Assembly (NCBI GenBank): GCA_037379345.1
Contig: CM074521.1
Location: forward strand, 35,240,704-35,304,703
Origin: Perna viridis
Taxonomy: Eukaryota
Length of the DNA: 64,000 nt
Reading direction: 5' to 3'
The notes below the pieces were generated by a model. That model saw only the letters and a list, made by a program, of their open reading frames with translations. It did not search any database and had not been told where the DNA came from. Of the stretch, positions 60,613-64,000 are shown in pieces. Position 1 is the first letter of the stretch. Every line of letters begins with the position of its first letter. Made by a program: the position numbers and the translations under genes.

Positions 60613-63494
60613 TGACTTGTGTTTTGTGTTTATTATTATTTTTTTCATTATCGTTATTTTGTTTGTATTTGTGAAGGCCACAGATTAAAATATTTTATTG
60701 TTACATGTAACTGTGTAACCTTCTTTAAATAAAGAATTTAGTTAGTTAGTTTTTCATTAGGGGTTGCGCTTTTGAGATAAACCTTTGCAAGAGTTATCGT
60801 TCTTAATTTGGTTCGATATTGCTGATTTTATCGGGAGGTAGTAGTGTATTTTTTTAAACGGTATAGATCTAAATACAGAAAGGACTATTGTCACAAAAAA
60901 CATCAAAAAAGCATTGTCTGATCCATAGGTTTTTTCTACATCATGATACACTTACGTTAGGCAGTGTCTGAATCAGATTTAGACTGGTACTTATCGCATG
61001 CCAGTTAATTGCATAGAAATTCAAAGAACAAAAACATTTCTTATCTTATCTACATAAAAAATCCTTAATTTCATAGATTATTTTCAAAATTTACTCAAAA
61101 ATGAACATAAATGGATAAGACAACAATATATTGTTGGTGAAATACCTCAGTTTCCGAAAGAACTATGTTTTTACAATATTACTATTTCTCTCTTTTGATT
61201 AGACACTTATCAAAGGCTGGAATCTAATTAATCATCATAAAATGATATGTCCCACTTAAACATCGGAATTATTAGTCTTTTTCTCTTGATATAATATATT
61301 CTGTTGGCATATTTGTTTTTCCTGACAAATTGACTATCCATTATATAGACACAGACAATCGCAGCAATGGGCCAGGGAAGTGAATGCAAAGTGAAGAAGC
61401 ATTTTAATCGAAATTAAAATCAAAATATAGATTTCATTAACAAAGACAAAATCATCATGAATTATTTACAGTATCTAAGATCCGGTATGCTGAATTATTT
61501 ATTTCTTTAAATTTCAAATTATCTGTTATTCAATGTACTTTTTGAAACATGTAGAGTTCTGCATGACTTTACGATTAGACCTTATCTTTCTCATTAAACA
61601 AAGGCCAAAAGCCATTTTCATGTGATTGCTGATATGATTTTTGTCTAGGTTTATAATAACACCCCCTTCACATACACGAATCTTTCTTGGGAAGACTAGT
61701 GAATCTCCATAATTTAGAGGATCCGTATAACTTGCATAAATCAAAAGAATGAACGATCACATTACAGTTTTGTTAAGTATAGATTCAATGCATTTGCAAT
61801 GCTGGTTTACAATTACATGTGAATAAATAAATGTACAAGTAATGTACGAATGCATCTGATATTGTAAGGAATAATTGCGATTGCTATGTGAATTGTTAGG
61901 ATTTATTCCAAATGTTACAGATGATTATGAATATTTGCTGTTAAGCTATGAGTACTTTAAGAACAATTATGAATTTTCAATGAGGTTGCATTTTGTCATA
62001 TAAGCCTCATGCATTCTTCAGTTGAACATTTGATAAGTTTTACAAAAATTCTTTCAACCTCTTTTCCCACAGGCACAGCATCCTGTATCTTCATCCTGGG
62101 CAAATACACAAAGTGCTTGCTTGAATTCGTATTTATCCGTTAAATCCGTCGAAAAGCTATCATAAATTACTCGCAACTATTCGTAGATGAATCGTATTAA
62201 ATGGCATATCAAACAATACAGGTTCTTGTGATCAGTTATCAATGCCATTCACATTGTTATGAGTGGCAAACAAGCTCTGTACCAATAATCATGTTAAAAT
62301 TACTGTGAAAACTATTACATGTCAACAAAATGTTATCTCCTTTTGCAAATCAATATAAATTTCTGGGGATGTAAACGATTTGTTAAGAGTTATTTACAGA
62401 AAGCGAAAAGTTTAAGACGATTGCTTGTGATCGACTAAGAATTGATTATCGGTAAGGATCTGTGAGAAATATTCGTGTATTTGAAGGGAACATAAGTTTG
62501 ATGTCCAATCCAGTCATTTGAAATAAGTTATTGCATGGTTCTCGAAATTTACATACATCTACATGTATGAGTGATAACAGCATTATTTTAGAATAAAGTC
62601 ACATTACTGTACTGATACTTAATAGTTTATTGACTTGGTCCTAATTGTTATGTTATCTAATGAGCTGAGTAATAATTTTTGAGTCAATAGAATATCTATC
62701 TAGGTATCACAGTAAGGATAGATTTTCAAACTTAAATTCTTCAAAGAAAAAAGAGGGATCCTTACAGTGTCCCAAAATTAAGTAAATGAGGATTATTATT
62801 GTGAAGTTGTTTATTGTTGACCTACTTTTTGTCTTACCTGTTAGGTCAACATGTCTACATCACAAAAGGTAACATAGCACTTTGGAATACACAAAAGGTA
62901 ACTAAATAGTCTCAAAGGACAGAAAGCAGTTGATTTCATGAATTTCTGTGTTTTCTTGAGAATAGGTATTAAGAGTTAGATAAACCATGCTGTGGGCATC
63001 ACTATATTACTAAAACTTACTTTTCATTTGCAGCTATTCAATAGCACAGGTTTTTTTAGTTATTACCACACTAATTCTTTAAAAGAAACAAAAAACAATT
63101 GCAGAATGACCAATATTCTAAATATGATGGTTTTAAATTCAAAAACTTTCTATGCTTCCACAACAAAAAGTGACTGACTTCATTGGGAATACTGGCCCAG
63201 GGAATGCTTCGTGTGTTCCTAACAACAGTGCAAAGGACTTTGACTGCCATATCAAGGTGGCGGGGGGTACTGTCCTCCTGAACAGCAGATACATAAGCAT
63301 TACAGAAAGCACTTGTCAAATGAATACTTAAGTTATTAGTCAAATGAAAACGGAAATCACAGGTAAAAACACTTTCACAGACACTTGTTCTAGAACATAC
63401 GAATCCAATTGTCATAGTACTTATGAAGGCACTTTGAAAAGAGCCAGATCTTTGAAACATTCAGGAGGCATGTCTTATACTTTTGATTTTTTTT

Positions 63495-63930
63495 TTTTGC
63501 AATTTGAAAGTTTTGATTAGTCTTATGCACACTTTTCTACGTATACTAGAGTTAACCAATGCACATGCAATTGATTTCCTTATTTGGCCATCGCTCCACT
63601 AAATGATGATGACCAGTGTTTCGATTTAGATAATATTTTCGGATATAGGAGATAAAACTTATTTTGAAACTGTGCAGACTTTTAAAAAAATGACTTCCGT
63701 GGAATGCAAGAAGCCATTTCAGAGGGATTTAAGCATGTAGACACTGTTTTGGTTACGACGGGTGATATATGATCAAGTTTCAAGTTCAATGGCAACACGT
63801 ATTTCTTTTTTGATTCTCATTTACAATTGGTATGTCAGGATTAATAGTATGTTAACCACACAAAGTTGATGGTGCACCTATTCTTATTGGCTTTTCAAGC
63901 ATTCAAGGGCTGGTAAATTACACGTACTCA
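63495..63930 (+). pseudogene. Herpes_teg_N / peptidase C76-like domain relic, probably Helitron-derived
   Basis: LQFESFD*SYAHFSTYTRVNQCTCN...DLDNIF/IGDKTY...YFFFDSH...GAPILIGFSSIQGLVNY matches the GSFxQ..F....G.QC, LD.IL..GD.LY and Y.FDSH pattern; stops and frameshifts present. Confidence 0.7.
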
Positions 63931-64000
63931 TACTATGCAAGCATGCATGGCTTTGCAGTTCCTGTTAAGTTTATTGATATGGATGAGTCATCAGTGCTGC

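Noticed and set aside
61526-62200. Protein-like minus-strand fragments
   Set aside because: Short, interrupted and without recognisable motifs.

Overview
AT-rich, repeat-dense animal DNA; the repeat repertoire suggests a marine invertebrate, probably a bivalve (inference). Two apparently intact host genes can be assembled by hand. (1) A two-exon, 521-aa carotenoid cleavage oxygenase (RPE65/BCO family) on the minus strand (18138-19948), with an unusual signal-peptide-like N-terminus. (2) A three-exon, 149-aa secreted cysteine-rich VWC/pacifastin-like protein on the plus strand (36435-54303) that the ORF track misses. Its 17-kb second intron holds a 13,231-bp tandem BEL/Pao LTR retrotransposon (LTR-int-LTR-int-LTR, GTGAT target duplication) whose middle LTR is a recombinant of the outer two. 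The most striking signal is in that element: next to an 18-nt initiator-tRNA-Met PBS, the LTR end is also complementary to the first ~23 nt of the same tRNA, so the RNA could hold both ends of its primer across an 8-nt gap. The rest is nested mobile DNA: a >12.5-kb long-TIR DNA element with degraded exons, a Ginger/KRBA2-like relic, Penelope-like elements (one GIY-YIG fragment and eight Naiad-type pieces sharing a 3' module that folds into a multi-branch RNA), RTE and CR1-like LINEs, Helentron-type non-autonomous elements, MITEs, a CAGTTA satellite, a tRNA-derived SINE, a Polinton capsid+protease relic and a Helitron-type C76 peptidase relic. All assignments were made by eye; boundaries of degraded repeats are approximate.
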